Source: a virus. From it: a stretch of 13,225 nt of DNA. Under the pieces are notes generated by a model, which saw only the letters and a program-made list of their open reading frames with translations, had not been told where the DNA came from and ran no database searches. This document shows, one piece after another, positions 12,529 through 13,225 of the stretch. The DNA lies in IMG/VR virus record IMGVR_UViG_3300045988_135330, positions 1 to 13,225 of that record. One strand, written 5' to 3'. A program made the translations under genes and the position numbers. Numbering within the stretch: the stretch's first letter is position 1; each line of letters starts with the position of its first letter.

Positions 12529-12798
12529 TTATATCACATAATCTCTTAATACCGTCCGTAGTGTTATCATAGATATTTTATAATTTGCTGGATAAACATC
12601 ACTAATTATAGCAGTTAAATCAACAAACAGACAATCAGCTCCGTATATTTTATTAACAACTCTATCATAAAATTTTTTTGATTCTACTATAACTTCGTGT
12701 CGAACTTGTGAATAAATTATAACTTTATTTGCATTATCTTTATTCCATTCACCTATAGCTTTTTTAATACCCTTAACTTCTGTGCCATTAATTTTCAT
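12529..12798 (-). CDS. Right-end early protein, unknown function (89 aa)
   Basis: On the minus strand the ATG at 12798 follows the ITR-encoded SD GAAAGGA. The longer track ORF starting at 12822 begins inside the palindrome. It is the only leftward gene and is driven by the ITR-R promoters. Confidence 0.75.
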   Translation of the reverse strand: MKINGTEVKGIKKAIGEWNKDNANKVIIYSQVRHEVIVESKKFYDRVVNKIYGADCLFVDLTAIISDVYPANYKISMITLRTVLRDYVI

Positions 12799-12815
12799 AT
12801 TAATCAATCCTTTCT

Positions 12816-12831
12816 GTTGCAACGTTGCAAC
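12816..12831. promoter_or_regulatory. 16-bp double palindrome, copy 9 (perfect)
   Basis: Exact match inside ITR-R. It lies 17 nt upstream, in the minus-strand sense, of the ATG at 12798. Confidence 0.9.
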
Positions 12832-12891
12832 TTTAAAAAATTTTATTTGTTAAGGTTTTCTTTTCTTGTCCTCTCCCTTAACTCTATATAT

Positions 12892-12920
12892 AGTATATCA
12901 CACTACACCGCCATTGTCAA
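12892..12920 (-). promoter_or_regulatory. Near-consensus sigma-A promoter with extended -10, inner one of the right ITR
   Basis: Mirror of 306-334. On the minus strand it reads TTGACA (12920-12915), 17 nt, then TGA-TATACT (-10 at 12897-12892). It drives the leftward ORF 12798-12529. Confidence 0.8.
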
Positions 12921-12936
12921 TGAATAATTTGTAAAC

Positions 12937-12965
12937 ATTATATTTTTCTTTTATGTATTTGTTAA
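12937..12965 (-). promoter_or_regulatory. Sigma-A-type promoter, outer one of the right ITR
   Basis: Mirror of 261-289. On the minus strand it reads TTAACA (12965-12960), 17 nt, then TATAAT (12942-12937). Confidence 0.55.
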
Positions 12966-13225
12966 TTCTATTTAACTAAATATTTTTGCTCTTTATTGCG
13001 TAAAGGTATTATTTTTTTATTTTCTAACTGTCCAATTATTTGTACGCTTTATCAGTCCAATTATTTGTACTCGCCAACTGTCCAATCATTTGTACTCGCT
13101 TCACCGCTTTAACACTTTACTATACTAAAGCATTGCTGTCTTGCTTTATCGCTTTAGCACTTTAGCACTTTACCATGCTAAAGTGGGAAAGTGACCTGCT
13201 TGCTATCGAGAGGGGGGTACTTTAA

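Larger units (their letters stand above)
12808..13225. repeat. Right inverted terminal repeat (ITR-R)
   Basis: Reverse complement of 1-417, 418 nt because of one extra T. The window ends ...GGGGGGTACTTTAA, mirroring its start TTAAAGTACCCCCC. Confidence 0.97.

Noticed and set aside
394-12831. The repeated 16-mers as a CRISPR array, MITE ends or transposon inverted repeats
   Set aside because: The copies are 0.5-2.4 kb apart rather than separated by ~30-40 bp spacers. There are no flanking target-site duplications and no transposase or cas genes, and three copies lie in frame within essential genes.
1-13225. The terminal inverted repeat as an assembly artefact, or as the ends of an integrated or transposable element
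   Set aside because: The two copies differ at three positions, so they are not one sequence duplicated by an assembler. A protein-primed-type PolB and a phi29-like gene set predict exactly this genome architecture. There is no integrase, transposase or flanking host sequence. Read-level confirmation of the ends is still desirable.

Overview
The window looks like a complete linear genome (13,225 bp) of a very small phi29-like podophage that replicates by protein priming. It is AT-rich with strong Gram-positive-type Shine-Dalgarno sites, so the host is probably a Firmicute. Bases 1-417 are the reverse complement of 12808-13225, differing by only 2 substitutions and 1 single-base indel, which gives long inverted terminal repeats (ITRs). 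Each ITR carries terminal AAAG(T/C)G repeat arrays, three 18-20 bp repeats spaced 25 bp apart, two tandem sigma-A-type promoters reading inward, a leader hairpin, a 16-bp palindrome and a Shine-Dalgarno site. Sixteen genes read rightward: an early HTH protein, a small zinc-finger-like protein, a holin, an XhlA/BhlA-like protein, a CHAP endolysin and a phi29 p5-like SSB, then portal, lower collar, an unknown ORF, the major capsid protein and a tail knob split into two ORFs, and finally a candidate terminal protein, a family-B protein-primed DNA polymerase and a gp16-like packaging ATPase. A bidirectional terminator follows, and one leftward early ORF is driven from the right ITR. I saw no tRNA, rRNA, CRISPR array, integrase or transposase. 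The most interesting signal is the double palindrome GTTGCAACGTTGCAAC. It occurs 7 times perfectly and twice as one recurring single-substitution variant, plus two extra half-sites. Six copies lie in the 15-24 nt in front of gene-module starts, and three lie inside coding regions that have no intergenic gap after them. Two copies sit in larger hairpins that show a compensatory base-pair change. I propose this is a phage-wide operator, late-promoter or RNA-hairpin regulon, possibly read by the first early gene product. All homology statements come from motif recognition by eye and memory, not from database searches.
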